Shown here: positions 63,798-64,000 of the stretch, in pieces | Layout: the number at the start of each line of letters is the position of its first letter | Numbering within the stretch: the stretch's first letter is position 1 | Assembly: GCA_030390025.1 (NCBI GenBank) | Contig: JASTWF010000034.1 | Coordinates: 930,001 to 994,000, forward strand | Origin: Squalus acanthias | Taxonomy: Eukaryota | DNA length: 64,000 nt | Reading direction: 5' to 3' | Position numbers and translations under genes: made by a program | Notes under the pieces: model-generated | What the model was told of the DNA's origin: nothing | The model's input: the letters and a program-made list of their open reading frames with translations, nothing else | Database searches by the model: none

Positions 63798-64000
63798 CAA
63801 ACGGTATGTCGGCGTTCATTGCAAGAGCATTTGAGTACAGGAGCAAGAATGTCTTACTACAGTTATACAGGGCCTTGGTGAGACCACACCTGGTGTACTG
63901 TGTGCTGTTTTGGTCTCCCTACCTAAGAAAGGATATATTTGCCACAGATGGAGTGCAGCGAAGGTTCACCAGACTGATTCCTGGGATGACAGGACTGACG
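63798..64000 (+). mobile_element. CR1-type LINE 3' fragment running off the window end
   Basis: NGMSAFIARAFEYRSKNVLLQLYRALVRPHL… translation. Confidence 0.9.

Overview
Eukaryotic (vertebrate) repeat-dominated DNA. The CR1-type LINEs and satellite style suggest a cartilaginous fish, but that is inference. There is no intact host gene. Left to right: three adjoining tandem arrays (30-bp, 65-bp and a ~18-kb G-rich 30-bp array with multi-kb higher-order duplications; 1-20251). Next is a minus-strand endogenous retrovirus-like relic (~20252-28700): a tRNA-Lys(CUU)-type primer-binding site, a coiled-coil gag-like ORF with a PPxY motif, and an env that looks like a paramyxovirus-type class I F protein rather than an orthoretroviral Env. 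That combination fits a lokiretrovirus-like element; it is interrupted by three CR1 LINEs and has lost pol. A ~3.1-kb unit repeated 4 times (two copies partial) starts exactly at the viral U5 end and contains a 41-bp VNTR (28628-37682). Then an internally deleted CR1, a 13-kb 38-bp satellite and a CCAAT/GC-box-rich CpG island. After that, an intron-containing PEX5 pseudogene fragment, whose WxxxY exon is tandemly duplicated along with an unrelated promoter/exon module. The window ends in a 67-bp satellite with more CR1 fragments. Nearly all long ORFs in the track are satellite read-through or CR1 ORF2. All family assignments come from reading the sequence by eye, without database searches.
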